This document shows positions 1 to 7,996 of a stretch of 32,000 bases of DNA, one piece after another (within the stretch, counting starts at the first letter, position 1; every line of letters starts with the position of its first letter). Under the pieces are notes generated by a model. The model saw only the letters and a program-made list of their open reading frames with translations. It ran no database searches and was not told the origin of the DNA. The position numbers and the translations under genes were made by a program. This DNA comes from an uncultured Sphingomonadaceae bacterium (GTDB lineage: Bacteria; Pseudomonadota; Alphaproteobacteria; Sphingomonadales; Sphingomonadaceae). Location: assembly GCA_963540925.1 (NCBI GenBank), contig CAUTRN010000021.1, positions 72,827 through 104,826 of the forward strand. Reading direction: 5' to 3'.

Positions 1-329
1 TGAATCTTCTGGATATCGTCTGGAAGGGCGCGTTCACGCCTGAACTCGTCCGCCGCTATGCGAGAGAGTTGATCCGGCAGTTCACGGACGAAGGGTTCCG
101 CACGGGATATCTGCTCCGCATCGACATGAGCGAGAGCGCCACGCAGCCAAAGGAAGTCTTGCCCACCTTCGTCGAAGAACTGGGCAATTTCCCGAAGGCC
201 ACGCGCATCGCGATCATCACCCCCAGCGCCGTCGCTCGCCTGCAGGTGAGCCGGATCATGACCCAGCCCTATCTGCGGATCTTCTCGTCTGCGACCGAAA
301 GCAACCGCTGGCTGCTCGATGGGGCTTAG
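1..329 (+). CDS. hypothetical protein, 5'-truncated at window edge (possible STAS/SpoIIAA-like fold, weak)
   Basis: Frame 3 is open from nt 3 (NLLDIVWKGAFTPELVRRYARELIRQF...), continuous with the 69..329 track ORF, stop at 327-329. No diagnostic motif recognised. Confidence 0.5.
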   Translation, partial: NLLDIVWKGAFTPELVRRYARELIRQFTDEGFRTGYLLRIDMSESATQPKEVLPTFVEELGNFPKATRIAIITPSAVARLQVSRIMTQPYLRIFSSATESNRWLLDGA

Positions 330-389
330 CTTTTATCGGTTCCTACGCGTGGTGCGGTTCAGAGCAGCCATTGTGAGGAACAAGCCGAA

Positions 390-409
390 GCACTTCCCGC
401 GGGAAGTGC
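390..409. repeat. 20-bp perfect palindrome GCACTTCCCGCGGGAAGTGC (hairpin, possible terminator or protein site)
   Basis: Read directly; self-complementary over all 20 nt. Lies 60 nt after the stop of the first ORF; no T-tract. Confidence 0.6.
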
Positions 410-814
410 GCTGATCACATGGCTTAAGAAGATGGTGCCGCTTACAGGACCCTAATTCTCTCAGTAAGTAACTAACTTCAAATCACTTTACCTGACCTGC
501 GCCATCCATGGCCCCAATGTGGCCCCATAAAAAAACAGGACTCAAACCCGTTCCCAAACCCGAAATTCACGTCGCTTCACCGGTGATTCGAAAACTATCA
601 TTTGCAACAAAATCTTGTAAGTGTGTCGCGGCAGGAGATCCCAGAGCCCGTCCCACCACCCAGCGGATATGCGGCGCGTTGCCCACACTTCGTCAACAGC
701 GTACTTCCCTCACAAAACCTGTCTCGGATGCAATCTGCTCTGGCTTCGCAACCTATGTGGCGGCAGAAGCACCCCCTTCGTCAATTCTCCGACCCTCCAC
801 CGAAAGGAAACTCA

Positions 815-1090
815 ATGAACAGCGCCGATCTCGTCGAAAAGATCGCAACCGCCCATGATCTCACGAAGGCCGATGCAAAGAAGCTCGTCGATGCGGTGTT
901 CGGCTTGATCGCCGAGGCGGCAGCCAAGGGCGAGGAAATCTCGCTGCCGGGTTTCGGCAAATTCAAGGTTAAAGAAAGCGCCGCCCGCGAGGGCCGGAAC
1001 CCGTCGACCGGCGAAACCATCACGATCGCGGCCTCAAAGAAGCTCGGCTTCACGCCTGCCAAGGCTATCAAGGACAAGCTGAACGCCTGA
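815..1090 (+). CDS. hup: HU family nucleoid-associated DNA-binding protein
   Basis: 91 aa MNSADLVEKIATAHDLTKADAKKLVDAVFGLIAEAAAKGEEISLPGFGKFKVKESAAREGRNPSTGETITIAASKKLGFTPAKAIKDKLN is a canonical HU/IHF fold sequence (GFGxF, RxGRNPxTGE arm). AAAGGAAA lies upstream of the ATG at 815. The 602..1090 track ORF is an upstream over-extension. Confidence 0.93.
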   Translation: MNSADLVEKIATAHDLTKADAKKLVDAVFGLIAEAAAKGEEISLPGFGKFKVKESAAREGRNPSTGETITIAASKKLGFTPAKAIKDKLNA

Positions 1091-1102
1091 CCGTGCGTGT
1101 TC

Positions 1103-1140
1103 TGACCGGGCCGGCTCGCTCGGCCCGGTCAAATTTGATT
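1103..1140 (+). terminator. putative intrinsic terminator after hup (possibly bidirectional)
   Basis: TGACCGGGCCG (1103-1113) pairs perfectly with CGGCCCGGTCA (1121-1131), 7-nt loop, then AAATTTGATT. Lies between convergent genes. Confidence 0.5.
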
Positions 1141-1165
1141 GCCGCAAGGTACAGATCGCCCCCAT

Positions 1166-1336
1166 TCAGCTCGGTGACGCATCACTCCCGTTGAGCGCTG
1201 CCGATAACATCGCCGCCAGCGTCTCTTCAGCTCCGCCCCGCACCTTTGGATCTTTCGACATCAGATCCTGTCGCAGCCAGTCTGGGATAGCCCGAACTGC
1301 CTTGGCGATGATTTCATTCATATCTGGGGCCGTCAT
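1166..1336 (-). CDS. small hypothetical protein (56 aa), absent from the ORF track (below its size cutoff)
   Basis: Hand translation of the minus strand: MTAPDMNEIIAKAVRAIPDWLRQDLMSKDPKVRGGAEETLAAMLSAALNGSDASPS, preceded by GGAGGG 4 nt upstream of the ATG. Antisense to the 1191..1394 track ORF. Confidence 0.4.
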   Translation of the reverse strand: MTAPDMNEIIAKAVRAIPDWLRQDLMSKDPKVRGGAEETLAAMLSAALNGSDASPS

Positions 1337-1417
1337 CGCGCCCTCCTACCGGATCATCTCGGCAGCACAAGCCAGTACGCCACGCCATTGCTGATGCGTA
1401 GGCTTCGCCAATGCCTG

Positions 1418-1657
1418 TCAGCGCGGCCGTCGCAACGTTTCCATGAAGCTCTTCAAGCTGTCGATTAGCACCAGCCTTGACGCACCAAGCTTGACGGTCT
1501 CGATCTCATTATCGCGGATAAGCTCATAAATTCGCGTGCGACCGATCCCCGTCATTCTGACGGCTGTCGGAATCCGCACGGCGATGGGGGTGAGCACTTC
1601 CGAAGCCTCCCCCTTCTGCGGGAGCCGCTCCAAACTGGATCTGGTGTCAGTCTTCAT
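1418..1657 (-). CDS. AlpA/excisionase-family (MerR-like HTH_17) DNA-binding protein
   Basis: 79 aa from MKTDTRSS...; core IPTAVRMTGIGRTRIYELIRDNEIETVKLGASRLVLIDSLKSFM is typical of the AlpA/Xis HTH. Start overlaps the upstream gene's stop by 11 nt. The 148-aa track ORF is an over-extension into the upstream gene. Confidence 0.75.
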   Translation of the reverse strand: MKTDTRSSLERLPQKGEASEVLTPIAVRIPTAVRMTGIGRTRIYELIRDNEIETVKLGASRLVLIDSLKSFMETLRRPR

Positions 1658-2192
1658 CAGTCGTCCTCCTATTGAGCCGGTGGTGGAGTGAGGGATTCGC
1701 GTGGAAAATCGCGGGGCCGAAGCGCTGCCGGAGCTTATCGGCGACGCTTGCCGCATAGCCCCTGGCGCGTTTCGGTGAGGGGCTGTGATAGGCTCCGACT
1801 GCTGACCAGTAATTGCCGGTTGCGTGAAGCGCGGTGAGGAATATCCAGCGGGCGGCGCCGACATTGTAGCAGATGTCCGATGTCAGCCAGCGCCGGACAT
1901 CGGACGGCGCAGCCCCTGTCCTGTCGGCGAGCCGGGATACCCACCAACTGTTGATCTGCATGGGCCCGAGATCATGGCTGCCATTGCCGTTCAACACTTC
2001 GGCACCGGCCCATCCCCCCTCCTGGTCGCGGAGGCCCCACAAGGTAATCTCTAGCCAGGACCGGCCCTGAGCCGCGCCCCTGATGCATTTGGCGACCTGA
2101 GCTTCATGAGGGGCAGGCAGCGCCCCCGATACGGGCGAGGCGGAGAGCGCTGCCAGCAGGAGTCCTGACGGGATGCGGCGCGCGGGAGTCAC
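1647..2192 (-). CDS. lytic transglycosylase (SLT domain, VirB1-like), signal peptide
   Basis: N-terminal signal-like LLLAALSASPVSG; SLT motifs DQEGG ... GSHDLGPMQINSWW ... YNVGAARWIF ... AVGAYHS. GTG start in a GTGA overlap with the relaxase stop. Confidence 0.85.
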   Translation of the reverse strand: MTPARRIPSGLLLAALSASPVSGALPAPHEAQVAKCIRGAAQGRSWLEITLWGLRDQEGGWAGAEVLNGNGSHDLGPMQINSWWVSRLADRTGAAPSDVRRWLTSDICYNVGAARWIFLTALHATGNYWSAVGAYHSPSPKRARGYAASVADKLRQRFGPAIFHANPSLHHRLNRRTTDED

Positions 2193-5080
2193 CGGTCGAT
2201 CCCCGGAGCCACACGATCGCGACTGGCATCGTGGGCTGGGCCGCTATCGCGGTCGGCCCCGAGAACGCGCGCAAGGCGCTCAGCGATCTCGCGAGCGCCC
2301 TCCGCGAGCCGTGAGGCGGGCGTCGGATTCTTGCGTCGCGATCGCTTCTCCTTGCGAGCCTCACGGGCGAGCCGGGTTTCCTCTCGCCACCGGTCGAGCG
2401 CGGGGCCCTCACGCGACGGCCGGGCCGGCGGGTCCTTGGCCGACACCCTCCCCAGTCCTTCGAGCGCCGAGCTCTTCTCGCCGCTATTGCGATCGAGGCG
2501 GTCAGCCAGCTTGTCGACATCCTCGGTCCACAGCTTCACCCCGAAGCGCGCGCGGGTGATCGCGGTGTAATAGTTCCGTCCGTTGACCAATGGCGAGGCG
2601 ACCGGCGCCAGCACATAGACTCTGTCATAGGTCTTCGACTGGGCCGAATAGACGGTCTCGGCATAGCCATGGTCCCAGCTCTTGTGGACCGACAGGTCGA
2701 CCGTCTGCCGGCGCCGGCCGCGGTCCCAGCGGATCGTGGCGATGACGCCGTCGAGCGCCTCGACGGTGCCACGTTCGGCGTTCTTGAGATCGAGCGCCTT
2801 GGTCACCAGCCGCCACTGGATGCGGTCGCCGACCGCCAGATCGCGCTCCTCAGCCTTGAAGACGGTGACGCTGCGCACGCGGGTGGTGCGCGGGTCCCAG
2901 TGGCGCTCCCGACCGGTGGCGTCCTTCAGCCGGACTGCCTGTCGGCCATCGCCGACGCTTCCCAGGCCGGTGACCTTATAGTCGGTGTCGCGCAGGAGGC
3001 CCGCGGCCGGAAGGTCGCGGGCAAAGCGGACGATATGCTCTGCCCGGTAGAAGCGAGCGAAGCGCTTCTCCTCGTCGGTCATGCCCGCCGGCGCCAGAAT
3101 CTGCAGCCGGACCTCCTGGCCCCCCACCGTTCCCTCGCGCTGAAGCGCCTCGCGGACCTGGGCATTGACGATCAAACGGGTGGCATTTTCGAGCACGAGG
3201 ATGTTGGTGCCGGCTCGGTTCCCGGACTTGAGCCGGGTCCATTCGGCGACCAGCTCCTTGGCCAGCTCGGCCGCGGGGCTACCACTCACCACCCTGTCGA
3301 GATTGGCTAGCGATCCGCGATAATCGCCGGTCCGGGCTAGCGCGACCGCCGCCCTCATCGTCCGGGTCTCCTGGCGGACGGCCTGTGGCAGCTGGGCGGT
3401 CGGAAGGCCCAGCCGCTGGAGCAGCCAGAAGGCCTTGCCCTGCTCGATCGCGCCGGTCTGCTTGTCGTCGCCGAGGAAGATCAGCCGGGCACCCGACAGC
3501 CGGCTGATCTCGAGCAAGCGCTCGGCCTGGCGGTTGCCGAGCTGGCCGGCCTCGTCGAGGACGAGGACATGGTTCGCTTCGATGTCGCGCCCGCCGTTCG
3601 CTATCAGGCTTGCAACGGTACGCGCCTCTATCCCCGCCCCTTCGCCGAGATTGGCCGCGGCCGAGGAGGTCGGCGCGAGCGCCAGGAAGCGTCGGTCGGG
3701 ATCGGCGGCGGCGACCAGAGCCTTCACCAGAGTGGACTTGCCCGAGCCCGCGACGCCATCGACCCCGGCGAGCCGGTCGGTGCCGAGCGCGACCAGTCGC
3801 AGCGCATGCTCCTGGGCCGGGTTGAGGCCCGCCTCCACGAGCACCGCTGTAATCCGTTCGGCTGCAGCGATGGGGCAGGCATCGTCGATCGCGAGCGCGA
3901 GCTGCCAGGCGAATTTCAGCTCCAGCCGGGCGGTGCGCTTCGTGGTCCGGCCCCGGGTCAGGAGCAGGTCACCGGTCTGTTCGCGGGTGCGCAGCAGCTT
4001 GGTGCGCTGCTGATGATCGTCGGCAAGCGGCCGGATATCGTCGAGGCGGACCTCACCAACATGCGATGCCAGCCCCTGGCGGTAGATCAGTCCCAGATTG
4101 TTGACTGCCTCGCGGCCCTCGCTCTGGCGGATCCCGAATAGCAGGGCGCGCGCCGATACCCGCGGATCGGAGGCCAATAGCTGCTCGCCGCGCGCGGCCG
4201 CACCAGCCTGGACCCGGTCGAGGTCGGGGCGGTGTGCCTGCGACCGGGTGGTCCAGCGTTGGTGAAGCTCGTCGAGACCGACCTTCTCCTTGGGCCCGCG
4301 CGTCTCATAGAAGGATCGCCGCCGCGCGGCCTGGCCTTCAAGGCCATGTTCCCTGGCATGGGCGTCGATCTGCTCGGCACGCCGCGACATGTCGGCTGCC
4401 AGCGCCTGGGGGACACCGCTGATCTCGAACAGCCCGCTGCGCGGGTCCATCTCGATCGTGTAGCCGGCCTCGCGGACGAGATGGGCCAGCTCGTTGCGAT
4501 AGACTTGCCCTGCGGTCATCTGCTCGACGAACATCGCTCGCGTCTCGAGGCTCGCCATCGGCAGCCCCGCCTCGACATTGGTCATGTTGAGGACGACGAC
4601 ATGGGTGTGGAGGTGCGGATCGAGTTCGCGCGAGGCATGTTCGGTGAAGCGCGCCCAGAGCAGCCGCCCAGTCGTCTCATGGACGATCTCGCCGCTGTCG
4701 CGGCGGCGCAGCTCGGCATGCTCCTCGAGATAGTCGAGGGCGACCGACACGGCCTTCTCGTGCGCCGCGAGGATCCGCTCGTCGCCCATCACCAGCGCCA
4801 TGATCGACACTGATTTGGGCGCGTTGACCGCGAAGTCCCAGCCGGGATGATGCTGGACCGTGCCGTCCTCGCGGTGGCGTCCGAGCTGCTGGTCCCCGAC
4901 CTTGCCGGCGAGCAGTTGCTCGAACAGCTTGGGATCGACCTGGCCCTCGAGACCGAGCTCGTCGGCGATGTTCCCGCCCCACTCGGAGGGCTCGTCGCGC
5001 CCCTTCGTGTAATAGTCGCCGACGCTGTAATAGCGGGCGATGTTACCGGCCTTGCCGGTCAGGCGGCGGGGATGGATCAT
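2189..5080 (-). CDS. mobF: MOBF-family conjugative relaxase/helicase (TrwC/TraA-like)
   Basis: N-terminal tyrosine pairs ARYYSVGDYYTKG; His triad ASRELDPHLHTHVVVLN; central Walker A GVAGSGKST and Walker B VLVLDEAGQ of the RecD-like helicase; C-terminal YTAITRAR motif. Confidence 0.93.
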   Translation of the reverse strand: MIHPRRLTGKAGNIARYYSVGDYYTKGRDEPSEWGGNIADELGLEGQVDPKLFEQLLAGKVGDQQLGRHREDGTVQHHPGWDFAVNAPKSVSIMALVMGDERILAAHEKAVSVALDYLEEHAELRRRDSGEIVHETTGRLLWARFTEHASRELDPHLHTHVVVLNMTNVEAGLPMASLETRAMFVEQMTAGQVYRNELAHLVREAGYTIEMDPRSGLFEISGVPQALAADMSRRAEQIDAHAREHGLEGQAARRRSFYETRGPKEKVGLDELHQRWTTRSQAHRPDLDRVQAGAAARGEQLLASDPRVSARALLFGIRQSEGREAVNNLGLIYRQGLASHVGEVRLDDIRPLADDHQQRTKLLRTREQTGDLLLTRGRTTKRTARLELKFAWQLALAIDDACPIAAAERITAVLVEAGLNPAQEHALRLVALGTDRLAGVDGVAGSGKSTLVKALVAAADPDRRFLALAPTSSAAANLGEGAGIEARTVASLIANGGRDIEANHVLVLDEAGQLGNRQAERLLEISRLSGARLIFLGDDKQTGAIEQGKAFWLLQRLGLPTAQLPQAVRQETRTMRAAVALARTGDYRGSLANLDRVVSGSPAAELAKELVAEWTRLKSGNRAGTNILVLENATRLIVNAQVREALQREGTVGGQEVRLQILAPAGMTDEEKRFARFYRAEHIVRFARDLPAAGLLRDTDYKVTGLGSVGDGRQAVRLKDATGRERHWDPRTTRVRSVTVFKAEERDLAVGDRIQWRLVTKALDLKNAERGTVEALDGVIATIRWDRGRRRQTVDLSVHKSWDHGYAETVYSAQSKTYDRVYVLAPVASPLVNGRNYYTAITRARFGVKLWTEDVDKLADRLDRNSGEKSSALEGLGRVSAKDPPARPSREGPALDRWREETRLAREARKEKRSRRKNPTPASRLAEGAREIAERLARVLGADRDSGPAHDASRDRVAPGIDR

Positions 5081-7074
5081 GCCGGCCTCGCCGCGCCGCG
5101 ATCGCCATCGGGGCGGCCATGCTGACGCAGACCGAAGGCGCTGGGACTGAACAGCGGCAGCGGAGCCAGGCCTTTGGATTCCGCGACGGGATCGGCAGGC
5201 GTCTGCGGATCCGCTTTGGGGACGGGATCCCCCCTCCCCGCCACCCTATCCAAGGGCAGCTCGGGCGACGCTGGCTGGGGCGGCTTCCTGCGGCGTGCGG
5301 GCGGCGCGGAGGCCGGCGCCGGCGGCGGAGTTGGTGGTCCGCCTTCGCCGATCCGAACCGGTGGCGTGGTCCGTTCGACGAAGGCCGCCTGCGGCGACGG
5401 CACCTCGTTGAACCGGTCCTGGAAGCGCACCACCGGCAGGCTTCGGCCGAAGCGCAGATAGCCGGCGAGATTGGGAAGATTGGTGACCTCGGTGTGCATC
5501 ACCAGAGGTCGGGTCACCTGCATGCGCGACAGGTTCACGCCGTCACGCATGTCGTTCACGCCATAGGACATGCCCTCATTGGCCTCGACCTGCTCGACCT
5601 GGCCGAGATTCTCCGAGACATGCTTGGCGGTGGGGGTGTCGTTGGCCCTCAGCGCCACCCAGGTCGAGCAATAGCCGGTGATCGCGGCGGCATCCTGAAG
5701 GCCGTAGGTCGCCTCCAACTGCGGGTAGCTCTGATAGCCAAGGATGCCGCAGCCACCATATTTGCGGGCCCGGGCGAGGAAGTCGCTCAGCGACGGCAGC
5801 TTCTGGAGCGAGGGCAGCTCGTCGACCACCACATAGAGGCGCCGGGTGCGGTCGGGCGCCAGGCTCATGATCGCGCTGATCGCGATGTCGAGCCACACCG
5901 TGATCAGCGGCCTGAGCGACGGCAGCTGGTCGGCTTTGACCGTGATGAACAGCCAGCTGTCGTCGGCCTCGTGCGCCACCCAGTCTCGGATCGAAAGGCC
6001 ATCGCGGGTGTCGTCGAGATAGGAAAAGCTGCGCATGACCGAAGCGAGCTCGGCCTGGATGCCGGCCGAGGTCCGCTCCCCTTCCATGCTCACGAAGGCG
6101 GCGGCGTCGGTACCCTTGGCGAAGGCGGCGAGATCCTTGAGCGGGGAGCGCAACAGGGTGTCGAGTAGTACCGACACCAGCATTCGTTCCTGTCGCGCGA
6201 GTTTGCGCATGACCGCGACCAGGGTGCCGCGCGCCGCCTTCGCCCAGAAGGGATCGCCCGCCTTGTCGGGGATCGTCGACTCCGCGATCTGGTCGTAATG
6301 ATAATCGCGCGGGACATCGACCCAGGGCGACCAGAGGTCGGCGCGACCGTCGAGTGGGTTGAGCAAGATGTCGATGCCGGGCCGGTAGAACTTCTCCACG
6401 AAGGTGCCGGCGGTGTCGTAGACGATGGCCCTGCGGCCGGACCTTCGAATGCCGGCAAGCATCTTCACGATGATGTTGGTCTTGCCGGTTCCGGGTGCGC
6501 CGCAGATCAGGATATGCTCGGGTTCGAAGGCGTCGGGCACCGGCACGCCGCCGATCGAGAAGCTGCCCTTCTTCTGCCGCCACAGCGCCCGGCGAACCTG
6601 CCGCAGCGTGCCGAAATGAGCACCGCGCAGGAACTGGTTGGAGCCGAGCCCCCGTCCCGTCCGGGTGAAATACCACCAGGCCCAGCCGAGCATCAGGAGA
6701 GCGAAACCGCCTGCGAGCAGTGCCCCGCTGATGAGGTGCTTCTCGGCGACCGCGAGCGTCTTCTGGGCGACCCCGGATTCCATCAGGTCATGCGCCGAGG
6801 TCCAATATTGGCGACCGTCCGGCCCCTTGAACAGGACGGGCACCGGCGCTCCCGGAATGTCCGAAGAGAAGGAGGCCTGAATCAGCTTGGCGAGGACGAA
6901 GCGCTGATAGTCGCTGAGCTTTTCTAGGACATACCAGCAGGTGCCGCCGATCCAGATCACCAGCCCTGCGAGCAGGGTCTGGAAGAAGACCTGGGTGGTC
7001 ATCCGGACATTGTGGACGATGGCCTGCCCGCCCCGGGTCCAGGAGCCGAGCGTGTCGTGGCGGAAGATGCTCAT
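5077..7074 (-). CDS. type IV coupling protein (TraD/TrwB-like T4CP)
   Basis: Two N-terminal TM segments; Walker A ILICGAPGTGKTN; Walker B LYVVVDELPSL; Pro-rich C-terminal tail. ATGA overlaps with both neighbouring genes. Confidence 0.9.
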   Translation of the reverse strand: MSIFRHDTLGSWTRGGQAIVHNVRMTTQVFFQTLLAGLVIWIGGTCWYVLEKLSDYQRFVLAKLIQASFSSDIPGAPVPVLFKGPDGRQYWTSAHDLMESGVAQKTLAVAEKHLISGALLAGGFALLMLGWAWWYFTRTGRGLGSNQFLRGAHFGTLRQVRRALWRQKKGSFSIGGVPVPDAFEPEHILICGAPGTGKTNIIVKMLAGIRRSGRRAIVYDTAGTFVEKFYRPGIDILLNPLDGRADLWSPWVDVPRDYHYDQIAESTIPDKAGDPFWAKAARGTLVAVMRKLARQERMLVSVLLDTLLRSPLKDLAAFAKGTDAAAFVSMEGERTSAGIQAELASVMRSFSYLDDTRDGLSIRDWVAHEADDSWLFITVKADQLPSLRPLITVWLDIAISAIMSLAPDRTRRLYVVVDELPSLQKLPSLSDFLARARKYGGCGILGYQSYPQLEATYGLQDAAAITGYCSTWVALRANDTPTAKHVSENLGQVEQVEANEGMSYGVNDMRDGVNLSRMQVTRPLVMHTEVTNLPNLAGYLRFGRSLPVVRFQDRFNEVPSPQAAFVERTTPPVRIGEGGPPTPPPAPASAPPARRRKPPQPASPELPLDRVAGRGDPVPKADPQTPADPVAESKGLAPLPLFSPSAFGLRQHGRPDGDRGAARPA

Positions 7075-7418
7075 CGCCCCGCCTCCTGGCCCGTCGCGAG
7101 GCCGGTTTCGTCGACCGCCTGCGGGCTGGCCGCCGCCGCCATCAGTCCCCGGTGGCGGAGCATGTCGAGACCGTGCGCGGTCCCCCGGCGCAGGGTGTCG
7201 GGATGGCGATCGGCGAGCTCGGTCGCGATCAGCGCATAGACCTCGATGATGAGCGCGAGGATCTCGTCATGGGCGGTGTAGATATAGGTCCCGCCTGGGG
7301 CCGCGGCGTCTTCGAGGAGCGGGCGGACGAGGTCGGAGATGGACAGGCCCGCGCCGAGGGCACGCTGCTCGAGGCGCTCGTGAAGGCCATCGTCGATGCG
7401 GATATACAGCTTCGCCAC
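7071..7418 (-). CDS. ribbon-helix-helix relaxosome accessory protein (TrwA-like role inferred)
   Basis: VAKLYIRIDDGLHERLEQRALGAGLSISDLVRPLLE is a beta-strand plus two-helix RHH pattern. GTG at 7418 lies 6 nt after AAGGAGA. ATG at 7502 is an alternative upstream start. ATGA overlap with the T4CP start. Confidence 0.6.
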   Translation of the reverse strand: MAKLYIRIDDGLHERLEQRALGAGLSISDLVRPLLEDAAAPGGTYIYTAHDEILALIIEVYALIATELADRHPDTLRRGTAHGLDMLRHRGLMAAAASPQAVDETGLATGQEAGR

Positions 7419-7544
7419 CGAAGTCTCCTTGAGGGAGTTCGGCGCGGTCGAACCGTGATGAAGCGGTCCATTTATAGCCCATTTGAGAGCTGGCGTCACC
7501 ACCGGACACTGGCCTCAAGCGACGGTCCGAAGGCTGTCCGGGAT

Positions 7545-7793
7545 GAAGACATGTCTTCCGCAGGTGGAGGACATGTCTTCCATGGAAAGCCGGTTCTGGA
7601 TCAGCGACTTGCGTGATTTCCCGCGCCTGCACCCGATCATGGACGGCGTCAGAGAGATGACATGTCCTCTAAAATTAAGGTGGTTAGGCCGTTGTAAAAA
7701 CGTCCTTTCTTCTGCAGCACCCGTGCGTACGGTGCATTACAAATTACGCCTTTCAGGCGTGCGTCGACACCATTGCATGACCAAAGGTCATGC
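7545..7793. promoter_or_regulatory. candidate oriT / relaxosome binding region
   Basis: Three copies of a GACATGTC-core site: GAAGACATGTCTTCC at 7545-7559; GAGGACATGTCTTCC at 7567-7581; inverted copy GATGACATGTCCTCT at 7656-7670. Hairpins GCACC-N9-GGTGC (7717-7735), ACGCC-TTTCA-GGCGT (7746-7760), GCATGACC-AAA-GGTCATGC (7775-7793). Sits directly upstream of the RHH-T4CP-relaxase operon. Confidence 0.45.
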
Positions 7794-7996
7794 GCTCAGA
7801 ACCGCTCCAGAAGGCGCGGCAAATGACTGAATCGATTGAGGGATTCTGAGAGACCTCAACGGTTCCGATCGGTGGAAGCGAGGTCGTTTGCACCGTCCGA
7901 AGAAGCCCTGCCCGTAAGTTCCCCGTGTGTCCTCGGGAACATCCTCGGGACGCCGCCTATCCGGCCCTCATCGGGCCGTATTCGTGGAGCGACGCC

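Noticed and set aside
433-452. TGGTGCCGCTTACAGGACCC reads on the minus strand as ...AAGCGGCACCA, resembling a tRNA 3' end or att remnant
   Set aside because: No complementary acceptor 5' strand (GCCGCTT) and no T-arm can be folded from the adjacent sequence. It does not match the tRNA-Val 3' end at 28200-28229.
508-858. ORFs upstream of and overlapping hup (116 aa, 162-aa extension, 65 aa)
   Set aside because: The HU homology begins exactly at the ATG at 815 with its own SD. The upstream translation is low-complexity.
2173-7616. Many long ORFs antisense to or overlapping the relaxase/T4CP genes (e.g. 5119..6168 +, 5576..6676 -, 2669..3310 +, 4232..4813 +)
   Set aside because: These are typical shadow ORFs of high-GC DNA. 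They are Arg/Pro/Gly/Ala-rich with no motifs, and they fully overlap genes that carry clear family signatures.
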